Made by a program: the position numbers and the translations under genes. Under the pieces are notes generated by a model. It was given only the letters and a program-made list of their open reading frames with translations. It ran no database searches and was not told where the DNA came from. From positions 3,909 through 67,908 of the forward strand of contig JBGTEJ010000055.1 in NCBI GenBank assembly GCA_041747855.1: a stretch of DNA of 64,000 bases, written 5' to 3'. Shown piece after piece: positions 38,340 to 47,584 of the stretch (the stretch's first letter is position 1; every line of letters starts with the position of its first letter). This stretch comes from Acidimicrobiia bacterium (lineage in GTDB: Bacteria; Actinomycetota; Acidimicrobiia; Spongiisociales; ZC4RG35).

Positions 38340-39626
38340 TCAGTCCTTCAAAAGGCCCCTGGCTTCACCCACGAGATAAAGCGAACCGGCGACGAGGGTT
38401 GAGCCACCAGGCCCCGCCTGTGCCCTAGCCAAATCCAACGCATCTCGAGTCGACCGCGCCGCCACGACGGGCACATCTAGCCGCCCGGAAATCCGCTCTG
38501 CGAGCTCATCGGCCGGAACGGAGCGCTCCGAGCCAACCGAGGTGGTGACGACACCGCTGATCAGTGGGGCCAACCGGTCGATCATGCCGTCGATGTCCTT
38601 ATCGGCCATGACCGCGATGACCAACTGCCACTTGGTGGTGGGGAACTCTTCGGCAAGGGCATCGACGAGGACAGTTACCCCGTCCGCATTGTGTGCCCCG
38701 TCAACGATGAGAAGGGGACGGGTGCCTATCCGTTCCATCCGTCCGGGAAGGGTGACGATCGATACTGCGTGGCGCACCGCCTCCTCGTCGAGCGGCTCTC
38801 CGAGAAGCGCCTCGGCTGCTGCGATGGCGAGGGCTAGGTTGGTCAACTGATGACGCCCATGAATGGGCAGGAAGAGGTCCTCGTAGCTGGCCTCAGCCCC
38901 TCGAATAGTCGTCAGCCATCCGCCGATACCCACTTCGGCTTCCTCGACTCCAAAGTCGGGACCAAAACGCCGATGGTGGATCCCAAGTTCGCGGGCCTTG
39001 GCGGATACCACCTCAAGGGCAGGTACCGGCATCGGTCCGCTGATCAGCACCGACCCGGGGTTGGCGATGGCGACCTTCTCCGCTGCGATCGAAGCCAGAT
39101 CGGGTCCAAGGAACGCGGTGTGGTCGAGGCCTATGGAAGTGACCACACACACCTCAGCGTCGACAACGTTGGTCGCATCGAGGCGCCCTCCAAGGCCCAC
39201 CTCGACCACTGCAGCCTCAACCGCCTGATCGGCAAAGAAGGCAAAGGCGGCGGCCGCGGTGAGTTCGAAATACGTGTTGGGAACCCCTCCCCGGGCCTCC
39301 CGTAGGTCGGCAAAGGCAGCGACATCTGCCACCGCTCGTGCGAATTCGGCTCTCGTCGCATCACGACCGTGTATTGCCAGTCTCTCTTCCACATACTGGA
39401 GGTGGGGCGAAGTATGTGTACCTGTAGTCAGGCCGTGGGCGGTCAGCAGGAACGAGGTGAGCCGTGCTGTTGATGTCTTGCCGTTGGTGCCGGCCACATG
39501 GATGATGGAGTACCCCTGCTCCGGGTGGCCCATGAACTCAATCAACTCCCGCATACGCTCCAGACCGGGTTTTCCGCCGAGGCCGATGTGGGCGTCTAGG
39601 TAGGCAACGGCTTGGGTGTAGTCCAT
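38340..39626 (-). CDS. folC: bifunctional folylpolyglutamate synthase / dihydrofolate synthase
   Basis: HVAGTNGKTST P-loop and Mur-ligase layout, 428 aa. Confidence 0.88.
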   Translation of the reverse strand: MDYTQAVAYLDAHIGLGGKPGLERMRELIEFMGHPEQGYSIIHVAGTNGKTSTARLTSFLLTAHGLTTGTHTSPHLQYVEERLAIHGRDATRAEFARAVADVAAFADLREARGGVPNTYFELTAAAAFAFFADQAVEAAVVEVGLGGRLDATNVVDAEVCVVTSIGLDHTAFLGPDLASIAAEKVAIANPGSVLISGPMPVPALEVVSAKARELGIHHRRFGPDFGVEEAEVGIGGWLTTIRGAEASYEDLFLPIHGRHQLTNLALAIAAAEALLGEPLDEEAVRHAVSIVTLPGRMERIGTRPLLIVDGAHNADGVTVLVDALAEEFPTTKWQLVIAVMADKDIDGMIDRLAPLISGVVTTSVGSERSVPADELAERISGRLDVPVVAARSTRDALDLARAQAGPGGSTLVAGSLYLVGEARGLLKD

Positions 39627-39630
39627 GAGA

Positions 39631-39656
39631 AAGCCCCGGGAGATTACTCCCGGGGC
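39631..39656 (-). terminator. 9-bp GC hairpin followed on the minus strand by TTCTC
   Basis: agccccggg (39631-39639) pairs with cccggggct (39648-39656) around an 8-nt loop, 30 nt downstream of the LPXTG-protein stop. Confidence 0.5.
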
Positions 39657-39686
39657 TCCTCTAGCTCTGTTTTCAGGGCTTGCGGT

Positions 39687-40553
39687 CTACTCGTCTTCGA
39701 ACCTTCTGGTCATGGTCAGGGTGGCCAGACCAAGGCCGAGAAGGACGACAGCCATCCCGAACATGATGTCAGCCCTTGCCCCGGTGAGGGGAAGGTTGGT
39801 GCCGGAGATGGTCGTGGTGGTCACCACCGTACCCAGCACGTCATCACCCGCCTCTGCCCCAGTCGTCGTGGTCGAATCCGCCACAGTCGTCGTGGTCGAA
39901 TCCGCCACAGTCGTCGTGGTCGAATCCGCCACAGTCGTGGTAGTCGAATCCGCCACAGTCGTCGTGGTCGAATCCGCCACAGTCGTCGTGGTCGAATCCG
40001 CCACAGTCGTCGTGGTCGAATCCGCCACAGTCGTCGTGGTCGAATCCGCCACAGTCGTCGTGGTCGAATCCGCCACAGTCGTGGTCGAATCCGGCACAGT
40101 CGTGGTCGAATCCTCCATTGACGTCGTGGTCGAAGGTGTCCCTGTCAAACAGAAGATCACGTGGCTTATCGCCGCGTTGCCCTCCTGTGTTACCGGGCTG
40201 GTGCTACCGCTTGCAGTCACAGTCTGCCCGACGTATATATCCCAACTAATCATCTGAGAGCCACTGAGGCCGACAACGGTGTAGTCGAGTGTCATCCACT
40301 CGCCTTCACCCTCCTCACCATCTTTCTCAGTACCACCAGTGATCGTGAGTACTACCCCACCACCGAAGTCGATAACGATGGGAAAGTCGTCTTCAACGAT
40401 CTCGCCCACCTCATCGAGCTTGATACAGCCCCCGCCCTCATCGCCAATGGTGACATCACCGAATGCGAAGAGGGGCAACATGCCCATGATCAACGCCGTC
40501 AGTATGGCGATGCCACCCAATCGGCTCCTACCGCCAAGTAATGGCGTCTTCAT
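39687..40553 (-). CDS. sortase-anchored (LPxTG) surface protein with Thr-rich 8-aa tandem repeats
   Basis: Signal peptide, nine VADSTTTT repeats, then NLPLTGA, a hydrophobic helix and an RRFEDE tail. Confidence 0.8.
   Translation of the reverse strand: MKTPLLGGRSRLGGIAILTALIMGMLPLFAFGDVTIGDEGGGCIKLDEVGEIVEDDFPIVIDFGGGVVLTITGGTEKDGEEGEGEWMTLDYTVVGLSGSQMISWDIYVGQTVTASGSTSPVTQEGNAAISHVIFCLTGTPSTTTSMEDSTTTVPDSTTTVADSTTTTVADSTTTTVADSTTTTVADSTTTTVADSTTTTVADSTTTTVADSTTTTVADSTTTTVADSTTTTGAEAGDDVLGTVVTTTTISGTNLPLTGARADIMFGMAVVLLGLGLATLTMTRRFEDE
39861..40115 (-). repeat. 24-nt in-frame tandem repeat array (9 full units plus 2 shortened units)
   Basis: Unit agtcgtcgtggtcgaatccgccac at 39861, 39885, 39909, 39933 (variant gtggtagtc), 39957, 39981, 40005, 40029 and 40053. 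Eight are identical. Degenerate 21- and 18-nt units follow. Confidence 0.9.
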
Positions 40554-40727
40554 AAATTCCTATCCCCTTCAATCGTGGGATAGGTAGGTCTCACCACTAG
40601 CTCCACCAGACCGAGGTGACCGATTTACAGGTCTGGTTTCAACGCCTCCCTATTTGCCCTTGTAATTCATACCACCCTGAGTGGCTTGTGACCACACAGT
40701 GTGCCCGCAACGGTTGCCCGTGTCAAC

Positions 40728-40765
40728 CCGGCAATTACCCGTCGGACCGGCAATTACCCGTCGGA
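40728..40765. repeat. perfect tandem duplication of a 19-mer (ccggcaattacccgtcgga x2)
   Basis: 40728-40746 equals 40747-40765. It is intergenic between the clpX stop and the LPXTG-protein start. Confidence 0.85.
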
Positions 40766-40834
40766 GCTGCATGATAAACACCTATTCGATGTCGAGGGGC
40801 CTGGAAGCTAGGCCTTCCGACTCAATCGGCAGCC

Positions 40835-42100
40835 CTATGCGCTACGTTCGGTTGGCTCGGGGACATCCCGGATCGGGACCAGGGTGGGGTTTACCTTCTT
40901 CTCGACCACATCACGGTCGATCAAGACCTGCTCCACATCGTCACGGGATGGGAGGTCATACATGGTGTTGAGGAGGACTTCTTCCATGATCGCCCTCAAA
41001 CCACGGGCCCCCGTCGAGCGACGTAGGGCTTGTTCGGCGATCGCGACAAGTGCATCCGGAGTGAACACGAGGGACACATTGTCCATCTCGAACATCCGTG
41101 CGTACTGCTTGGTGAGAGCGTTCTTCGGTTCGGTCAGGATCTGCACCAGGGCTTCCTGATCGAGGTCCTCCACAGTGGCCATGACGGGTAGGCGGCCAAT
41201 GAACTCGGGGATCAGCCCGTACTTCATCAGGTCCTCGGGCAGCACCTGGGCCAGGATCTCGCCGGGCCTACCTTCTTTGCGCGACCTGACCTCGGCCCCG
41301 AACCCAACACCCCGGTTGCCGACCCGGCTACTGATGATGTCCTCGAGTCCGCCGAAGGCACCACCGCAAATGAACAGGATGTTGGTGGTATCTAGTTGGA
41401 TGAACTCCTGGTGGGGATGCTTACGGCCACCCTGCGGAGGAACCGACGCGACCGTGCCTTCGAGAATCTTGAGCAGGGCTTGCTGCACACCCTCCCCGGA
41501 CACATCCCGGGTGATCGACGGGTTCTCGGCCTTGCGCGAGACCTTGTCGATCTCGTCGATGTAAATGATCCCCTGCTGGGCCCTGTTGACGTCATAGTCG
41601 GCGGCCTGGAGCAGTTTCAGGAGAATGTTCTCTACATCCTCGCCCACGTAGCCAGCCTCGGTCAAACTCGTGGCGTCAGCGATAGCGAAGGGAACGTTGA
41701 GCTGGCGGGCGAGTGTCTGGGCGAGGAGTGTCTTCCCACTTCCTGTGGGCCCGACGACCATGATGTTCGACTTCTGGAGCTCGACGTCCCGCTGCGAGTT
41801 GTCGCTGGAACGGATCCGCTTGTAGTGGTTGTAGACCGCTACCGACAGCTTCTTCTTGGCCTCCTCCTGCCCGACTACATAGTCGTCTAGATAGGCCCTG
41901 ATCTCGGCCGGCTTCGGAAGCTCGGAAAAGACGAAGTCCTCTACGGAGACCGCCTCTTCCTCCATGATCTCATTGCAGAGATCAATACATTCGTCGCAGA
42001 TGTAAACACCTGGGCCGGCGATCAGTCGCTTGACCTGTTTCTGGGACTTCCCGCAGAAACTGCACTTGAGCAGCTCGCCGCCCTCGCCGAGTTTTGCCAT
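40835..42100 (-). CDS. clpX: ATP-dependent Clp protease ATP-binding subunit ClpX
   Basis: N-terminal zinc finger CSFCGKSQ...CDEC, Walker [12 protein letters not shown], and IYIDEIDK. Confidence 0.96.
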   Translation of the reverse strand: MAKLGEGGELLKCSFCGKSQKQVKRLIAGPGVYICDECIDLCNEIMEEEAVSVEDFVFSELPKPAEIRAYLDDYVVGQEEAKKKLSVAVYNHYKRIRSSDNSQRDVELQKSNIMVVGPTGSGKTLLAQTLARQLNVPFAIADATSLTEAGYVGEDVENILLKLLQAADYDVNRAQQGIIYIDEIDKVSRKAENPSITRDVSGEGVQQALLKILEGTVASVPPQGGRKHPHQEFIQLDTTNILFICGGAFGGLEDIISSRVGNRGVGFGAEVRSRKEGRPGEILAQVLPEDLMKYGLIPEFIGRLPVMATVEDLDQEALVQILTEPKNALTKQYARMFEMDNVSLVFTPDALVAIAEQALRRSTGARGLRAIMEEVLLNTMYDLPSRDDVEQVLIDRDVVEKKVNPTLVPIRDVPEPTERSA

Positions 42101-42115
42101 AAGGGTGTTGACCTC

Positions 42116-42733
42116 CTAGGAGGAGGCTACCGCGGTCAACCCCTGACGGCTGAGCACTCCGTCGATTACACCGTAGGTCTTGGCCTCGTCGGCAAGCATC
42201 CAGTAGTCGCGTTCGGTGTCGTGAGCGATCTTCTCCAGTGGCTGGCCGGTGTGATCGGCCAGGATTTGGTTGAGCTGTTCGCGCATCTGTATGATCAAAC
42301 GCGCCTGGATCTCTATGTCCGATGCCTGGCCCTGCGCACCTCCGTGCGGCTGGTGGAGCATGACTCTGGCGTGGGGCAATGCATACCGTTTGCCTTTGGC
42401 GCCGCCAGCAAGCAGAACAGCGGCCGCCGACGCCGCCATCCCCATGCAAACAGTGTTCACATCGGGCTTGATGTACTGCATGGTGTCGTATATGGCAAAC
42501 AGCGATGTGATCGAACCACCCGGAGAGTTGATGTAGAGGAAGATGTCCTTGTCGGGGTCTTCCGACTCGAGGTGGAGCAACTGCGCCATCACGAGGTTGG
42601 CGATGTTGTCGTCAATGGGCGTGCCCAGGAAGATGATCCTGTCCTTGAGCAAACGACTGTAGATATCGAAGTAGCGCTCTCCCCGGCTGGTCTGTTCGAA
42701 GACCGTTGGGATCACATAGTTCTCGGCTCTCAT
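42116..42733 (-). CDS. clpP: ATP-dependent Clp protease proteolytic subunit
   Basis: [11 protein letters not shown], the [11 protein letters not shown] serine site, and MLHQPHGG. Confidence 0.95.
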   Translation of the reverse strand: MRAENYVIPTVFEQTSRGERYFDIYSRLLKDRIIFLGTPIDDNIANLVMAQLLHLESEDPDKDIFLYINSPGGSITSLFAIYDTMQYIKPDVNTVCMGMAASAAAVLLAGGAKGKRYALPHARVMLHQPHGGAQGQASDIEIQARLIIQMREQLNQILADHTGQPLEKIAHDTERDYWMLADEAKTYGVIDGVLSRQGLTAVASS

Positions 42734-44130
42734 TCCTCTTCCTCCAGGATTGCTGCCACGACCTCGCCGTAGCTCAAGTCACCGTCGTCTTCATCTAGAA
42801 CCTCAGCCTGGACCTCAGACATGTTCAACTGCAAGTCGACTGGCTCGCCGTTCTCATCAACCGGTGTTGCATTGGTGAGGATCACGTCCAGCGCTCTGTT
42901 CCTGAGAATATCACTGGCCAGGGCCAACTCTTGACCGCTCTGAGCAAAGGCTTTCAGATAAGCAACTGGGTCCTCGGATCGTGCAGCCATTGCTTGGAGG
43001 GTCCGCGACAGGTCTTCCTCAGTCACGTCGATCTCCTCGGTCAACGCCACAGCCTCTAACAGCAGACGGTTCCTCAACGCAGTTTCCGCCTGGCCCCGCA
43101 GGTCCTCGACAAAGACTTCCTGGGTTATCCCGGTGGCTTTGAAGTAGTCCTCCAGGTTGACCTCCGCCTGCTCGAGGCGATGCAAGAAGTTGTGAAGATG
43201 ATTGTCCATCTCGGCCCTGACCAGGGCCTCCGGCAGTTCGACGTCCAGTTGGTCTCGGAGCGTGCTGAGAGCCCGTTCAGCGAACTCGCGGGACACGGCG
43301 CGCAGCTTTGCGTCTTCGAGTCTTTCCCTGAGGGCGTCCATCATCTCCTCGGCCGTGTCGAACTCGGTGTTGTCGTCGACCCAGCCGTCCGTCAGTTCGG
43401 GGAGAATCCGTTCCTTGACCTCGTTGACCTTTACCTCGAATGTGGCGACCGTCCCCCCAAGTTCGCCGAACCCGGGGGGCAACGGAGCGTCGAATGAAAA
43501 ACTGTCACCTGCTTCGAGCATGGTCAGTTCGTCGTCGATGCCCTCGACAAGCAGACCCGACCCCACTTCGTAGAGAAGATCGGCAAAACGCGCATCTTCA
43601 ACCGGCTCCCCGTCGATCGACGCTTCAAGGTCGATCGATACGAAGTCTCCGGCTCGGGCCGCTCGCCCGACTTCTTCTACCGTTGCGAACTGCTCGAGCA
43701 TGCGGGTGAGATTCGCCTGTAGCTCCTCGTCCGACACATGTGGATTGGTGACCTCGACCTTCCGGTCCCTGTAGTTGGGAAGGTCGATCTTGGGCCACAA
43801 CGTGACACGCACGCCGACCTCCACTCCACCCTCGACCTCGTCAAGTCTTTCCAGTTCGGGGGTAACAGCAGGTCGGATGTCTTCCTCCCCGAGAACCTCG
43901 TTGAGCACCGGGGCAACCAGGTCATCGATAGCTTCCCTCCTCACCCTTTCCGGGCCCAGAGTGGCTTCGATCACCGGCAAGGGCGCCTTTCCCGGGCGGA
44001 ATCCATGGATTTTGACCTCGTTGGCCAGCTTGCGGGCGGCCGATTTCTTGGCCTCGTTGATCTGGCTCTCGGTCAGATGGAAAGTGACCAGACGCTCGAA
44101 CGGGCCGGTCTCTGTGATGGTGGTGCTCAT
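42730..44130 (-). CDS. tig: trigger factor
   Basis: [19 protein letters not shown] from ATG 44130, with an FKBP-type middle domain and an acidic C-terminus. The ORF-track extension to 44388 runs through tRNA-His. Confidence 0.9.
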   Translation of the reverse strand: MSTTITETGPFERLVTFHLTESQINEAKKSAARKLANEVKIHGFRPGKAPLPVIEATLGPERVRREAIDDLVAPVLNEVLGEEDIRPAVTPELERLDEVEGGVEVGVRVTLWPKIDLPNYRDRKVEVTNPHVSDEELQANLTRMLEQFATVEEVGRAARAGDFVSIDLEASIDGEPVEDARFADLLYEVGSGLLVEGIDDELTMLEAGDSFSFDAPLPPGFGELGGTVATFEVKVNEVKERILPELTDGWVDDNTEFDTAEEMMDALRERLEDAKLRAVSREFAERALSTLRDQLDVELPEALVRAEMDNHLHNFLHRLEQAEVNLEDYFKATGITQEVFVEDLRGQAETALRNRLLLEAVALTEEIDVTEEDLSRTLQAMAARSEDPVAYLKAFAQSGQELALASDILRNRALDVILTNATPVDENGEPVDLQLNMSEVQAEVLDEDDGDLSYGEVVAAILEEEE

Positions 44131-44235
44131 GTGTTCCTTGTACGTCGATATGCGAGAGACGAGTTCGCTAGCGCTCACGCCCCCCTCGCCCTCACCGGGT
44201 TCGGGCGGTCCCCCACCAGTGGGGGGACAATGCTG

Positions 44236-44261
44236 GTGGCCGCCCGCAAGCGAGCGGCCAC
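44236..44261 (-). terminator. 8-bp GC hairpin 5 nt downstream of the last tRNA of the minus-strand tRNA cluster
   Basis: gtggccgc (44236-44243) pairs with gcggccac (44254-44261) around a 10-nt loop. Confidence 0.4.
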
Positions 44262-44265
44262 GTGA

Positions 44266-44340
44266 GGGTGACCGACGGGACTTGAACCCGCGACTTCCTG
44301 GACCACAACCAGGTGCTCTACCAGGCTGAGCTACGGCCAC
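44266..44340 (-). tRNA. tRNA-His (anticodon GTG), with encoded G-1
   Basis: Reverse complement is G-GTGGCCGTAGCTCAGCCTGGTAGAGCACCTGGTTGTGGTCCAGGAAGTCGCGGGTTCAAGTCCCGTCGGTCACC. Confidence 0.9.
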
Positions 44341-44360
44341 CATGTGTGAATGGGACACCG

Positions 44361-44434
44361 GCGCCCTCGGGAGGACTCGAACCCCCAACCTACGGATTAG
44401 AAGTCCGCCGCTCTATCCACTTGAGCTACGAGGG
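44361..44434 (-). tRNA. tRNA-Arg (anticodon TCT)
   Basis: Reverse complement is GCCCTCGTAGCTCAAGTGGATAGAGCGGCGGACTTCTAATCCGTAGGTTGGGGGTTCGAGTCCTCCCGAGGGCG. The acceptor stem pairs fully. Confidence 0.9.
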
Positions 44435-44471
44435 CCGTGGTTCCGGTACCGCCCCGAGAGGCGACCCATTC

Positions 44472-44542
44472 GAGCGGGTGAAGGGAGTCGAACCCTCGCC
44501 ACCAGCTTGGAAGGCTGGAGCTCTACCGTTGAGCTACACCCG
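44472..44542 (-). tRNA. tRNA-Gly (anticodon TCC)
   Basis: Reverse complement is GCGGGTGTAGCTCAACGGTAGAGCTCCAGCCTTCCAAGCTGGTGGCGAGGGTTCGACTCCCTTCACCCGCT. Confidence 0.9.
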
Positions 44543-44571
44543 CGATTTGAACGGACATTCTAGATGACCGG

Positions 44572-44645
44572 TCGGGCTGGTCGGACTTGAACCGACGACC
44601 TCCTGCTCCCAAAGCAGGCGCGCTACCAAGCTGCGCCACAGCCCG
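44572..44645 (-). tRNA. tRNA-Pro (anticodon TGG)
   Basis: Reverse complement is CGGGCTGTGGCGCAGCTTGGTAGCGCGCCTGCTTTGGGAGCAGGAGGTCGTCGGTTCAAGTCCGACCAGCCCGA. Confidence 0.9.
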
Positions 44646-44694
44646 GATCAGGGGTAATGGTACCGCCGCCTCTGGCTTCAGCCAGATTCGTTGA

Positions 44695-45039
44695 TCACCC
44701 CAGCGCCATGAGGATGACGAATATCACCGTCGCAACAAGTGGAGGCCCCAGAAGCGCGGCCACTATCTGACCGTTCCTGGTGGCGATCAGACCACGAATG
44801 ACTAGGGCGGAAACACCGATGGCGATGATCGCCACCACCGCAAAGGCTATGTAGATGGCTGCGACCAGATCCTCCCATCCGTCGAGGTCGCGACCGGAGA
44901 AGATGCCCAATCCGGCCAGTCCGAGCACTACAACGGCCCAGACCAGCAGGATTGTCCGAGCAGTTCGATCGAGCGTCTTCTTGGGCGGTTCGGGTGGGGT
45001 TCCTTCTGTCCACGTCATGGCATCGATCCTATCGGACAT
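44695..45039 (-). CDS. small membrane protein (3 predicted TM helices), unknown function
   Basis: 114 aa with hydrophobic runs ILLVWAVVVLGLAGLGIF, AIYIAFAVVAIIAIGVSALVI and VAALLGPPLVATVIFVILMAL. Confidence 0.5.
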   Translation of the reverse strand: MSDRIDAMTWTEGTPPEPPKKTLDRTARTILLVWAVVVLGLAGLGIFSGRDLDGWEDLVAAIYIAFAVVAIIAIGVSALVIRGLIATRNGQIVAALLGPPLVATVIFVILMALG

Positions 45040-45089
45040 TGCTCCTCGGGTGCGGCGAATCTGTCACAGCCCCCACGTATCTTCCAATC

Positions 45090-45794
45090 ATGGAACTCGA
45101 GGCGATCTTCCTCGAGCGGGTGAGGAATTGGGACAATCTGTCGAGATGGGAACGGTCGGAACTCGGCCGGGACCTCAGGCGCAGCGGACTGGCGTACAGC
45201 GAGATCATGGAGATGATCCCGGTCCAGAAGTCGACCCTCGCTACCTGGTGCCGGGACGTCCAACTGACCGAAAGTCAAACTGCGGCTATCAAGGTCCGGA
45301 AACCGTCCACTCAGCGCGGCATACCTCGGGACACTCAGCGCAAAAGGCACCGAATGATCGAACTCATTCAGGCCCAAGCTGCGCTCGAAGCCATCCACCT
45401 GCAGGATGAACCACTTTGGACAATGGGAGTCGCGATGTATTGGGCCGAAGGGACCAAGTCTTCGAGACGACTTGAACTCTCTCACTCAGAACCCGAAGCG
45501 CTCCGGCTCTTCATGGAATGGTCTCGCCGATACCACCGACCTAACGCCACCTTCGCCGGAGCAATCAACCTCCATGCAGACAACGACGAACAGTGGGCAA
45601 AGTCGTTTTGGTCGACGCAACTTGCGATCGACCTCTCAGATTTCACCAAGACGTTCGTCAAGCCAGATGGGACCGGTCATCGTAAGAACCACCTCCCCTA
45701 CGGCGTGGCAAGGGTCACGATGAGGCGCAGCACCGACGCCTTCATCACCACCATGGCCTGGATCGACTTCGTCAAGGAGGGCTTCGCAAAGTAG
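45090..45794 (+). CDS. hypothetical protein with N-terminal HTH-like segment and C-terminal LAGLIDADG-like segment (tentative)
   Basis: From ATG 45090. GLAYSEIMEMIPVQKSTLATWCRDV resembles a resolvase-type HTH. GVAMYWAEGTKSS..LELSHSEPEALRLFMEW resembles a degenerate LAGLIDADG helix-strand unit. Confidence 0.4.
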   Translation: MELEAIFLERVRNWDNLSRWERSELGRDLRRSGLAYSEIMEMIPVQKSTLATWCRDVQLTESQTAAIKVRKPSTQRGIPRDTQRKRHRMIELIQAQAALEAIHLQDEPLWTMGVAMYWAEGTKSSRRLELSHSEPEALRLFMEWSRRYHRPNATFAGAINLHADNDEQWAKSFWSTQLAIDLSDFTKTFVKPDGTGHRKNHLPYGVARVTMRRSTDAFITTMAWIDFVKEGFAK

Positions 45795-45804
45795 AATTCG
45801 AGAG

Positions 45805-45878
45805 GGCCGCTAGCTCAATTGGCAGTAGCAGGAGCCTCTTAAGCTCAAGGTTCCGGGTTCAAGTCCCGGGCGGCCCAC
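45805..45878 (+). tRNA. tRNA-Lys (anticodon CTT)
   Basis: GGGCCGCTAGCTCAATTGGCAGTAGCAGGAGCCTCTTAAGCTCAAGGTTCCGGGTTCAAGTCCCGGGCGGCCCA. Confidence 0.88.
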
Positions 45879-45921
45879 CCCTCATATCGATCTCCCTGAT
45901 GACACAATCTGTCCGGTCAAC

Positions 45922-46005
45922 GCGGGTGTGGCGGAACTGGCAAACGCGCAGGGTTTAGGTCCCTGTGGGGTAACACCCTTGGAGGTTCGAATCCTCTCAC
46001 CCGCA
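45922..46005 (+). tRNA. tRNA-Leu (anticodon TAG), long variable arm
   Basis: GCGGGTGTGGCGGAACTGGCAAACGCGCAGGGTTTAGGTCCCTGTGGGGTAACACCCTTGGAGGTTCGAATCCTCTCACCCGCA. Confidence 0.9.
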
Positions 46006-46294
46006 CTCGCCCTGCTCTAGTGCCGGAGGCGTCATGTCGGGCTTCGGAAGGAGGGGGTCCGCAACTACGCACCCCCTCCCAACAGGCAGGCGCCCAAAGA
46101 CCTGCCCTCTCCGCTTGGCCCGTATCTCAAGTGACCGGAGTCAGTGCCCCGCTTCTACCCCTACCCCGCAGTTCGCAAACCCTCAGGAGTAGCGCTATCA
46201 CAATCTGGAAGAGCGAACCTTCCCTAACGACGTGGCGAGCTTCCAAGGGGCCCGTCGATCGGCCCCGCTGCCTCTAATGGACGGGTCCGCCTGC

Positions 46295-47584
46295 TCAGAG
46301 GCCAAGCCGCACTCGGGTGATCTTTCTCCCCTGAACCTCCTCGACGATGAGCTGACGGCCTTGCACCGTGAAGGTGGCACCGACCTCGGGCACGGTGCCA
46401 TGCTCAGCGAGGACCAACCCAGCAACGGTCACCACCTCCGGATGCTCAAACGAGAGCCCATGGTGGGCTTCGAGTTCGGCGAGGGTGGTTTCACCGTCGA
46501 CCGAGATAGAGCCGTCCTCGTTGCGGATGACTTCGATGGAGCCGCCGGCGACTCCATCATCCATCACCTCGGCGATGATGTCGTCGAGAGTGACCAGACC
46601 AAGGGTGCTGCCGAACTCGTCGACAACCAGGCTTGCATGGGTCCGATCACGCTTGAACTGTTCGAGCAGGTGCTCTGCGTTGGCGGTTGCTGCCACTGCA
46701 GGCAGTGGTCGTACCAGGTCTCTCAAGTCGAGCGACGAGTCCTGTTGTTTCGCCCGGATGAAGTCCTTTATGTGAATCAACCCAACCACATGATCGAGAT
46801 CGCCATCCACCACCGGGTAGCGACTACGAGATGAGCCGCCAATGCGCTCGATCACCTCTTCTGGCGACGCGGTCACATCCAGTGTCACGACCCGACTCCT
46901 CGAAGTCATCAACTCCTCGGCTGTCCGCTCGTCGAGGTCGAAGATGTTGGTGATCAATCCTCGCTGCATGGCACCAAGCTGGCCGCTCTCAGCGGTCTCG
47001 TCGGTGACAATGGCGAGCTCGGCGCTGGTGTAGAGGGCAAAACGGCGATCGGGTTCGGGAATGCGCAGCAGCCTCATCAAGGCGAACGCGGTCGCGTTCA
47101 GCGCAGTCACCATCGGTCGGAACAGCCAAGCGAAGACCCGCATCACCGGGTTGACACGAAGAATCACTGGCTCAGGGGCCTGAAGGGCGAGGGCCTTGGG
47201 AATCATTTCCCCGAGGACGACATGCAGCGCGGTGATACCGCTCAGGGCCACCACGAAGCCGATCGTGTGGGCTGCGGCGTTCGAGAGTCCCCACCCCTCC
47301 AAAGGACCGTACAACCACATGGCCACGGCCGGTTCGCCATACATGCCCAGACCAATGCTCGCAAGGGTGATGCCCAGCTGAGCGACAGCGATGTACGCGT
47401 CCTTGCCCGCTGGCCGGTCGAACACGCCGAGCAGCCACCGGGCGGCTCGACTCCCCCCATCTGCCCATGTCTTGATGCGGCTGCGCCGCGACCCCACTAG
47501 GGCGAACTCGGCAGCCACGAACAACCCGTTGATGGCGACCAGGACGAGAATGACAACGATTGGGAGAACGACCGTCTGTATCAC
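46295..47584 (-). CDS. HlyC/CorC (CNNM) family transporter: DUF21 membrane domain, CBS pair, CorC_HlyC domain
   Basis: 429 aa. LVAINGLFVAAEFALVGSRRSRI is a DUF21 signature, and the C-terminal transporter-associated domain is present. Confidence 0.85.
   Translation of the reverse strand: MIQTVVLPIVVILVLVAINGLFVAAEFALVGSRRSRIKTWADGGSRAARWLLGVFDRPAGKDAYIAVAQLGITLASIGLGMYGEPAVAMWLYGPLEGWGLSNAAAHTIGFVVALSGITALHVVLGEMIPKALALQAPEPVILRVNPVMRVFAWLFRPMVTALNATAFALMRLLRIPEPDRRFALYTSAELAIVTDETAESGQLGAMQRGLITNIFDLDERTAEELMTSRSRVVTLDVTASPEEVIERIGGSSRSRYPVVDGDLDHVVGLIHIKDFIRAKQQDSSLDLRDLVRPLPAVAATANAEHLLEQFKRDRTHASLVVDEFGSTLGLVTLDDIIAEVMDDGVAGGSIEVIRNEDGSISVDGETTLAELEAHHGLSFEHPEVVTVAGLVLAEHGTVPEVGATFTVQGRQLIVEEVQGRKITRVRLGL

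Noticed and set aside
39612-40257. Plus-strand ORFs with RRGRIRHS or VVVESATV repeats, and the idea of a CRISPR array at 39861-40115
   Set aside because: These are antisense or other-frame readings of the 24-nt repeat inside the LPxTG gene. The units are contiguous with no spacers, are in frame with a signal-peptide and sortase-motif protein, and no cas genes are present.
44131-44388. N-terminal extension of the tig ORF
   Set aside because: It reads through tRNA-His and a hairpin. [14 protein letters not shown] at ATG 44130 is the conserved trigger-factor start.
46006-46294. Possible sRNA among several short GC hairpins downstream of tRNA-Leu
   Set aside because: The stems are short (6-8 bp) and sit between convergent transcription units, so they are adequately explained as terminators. 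There is no further evidence.
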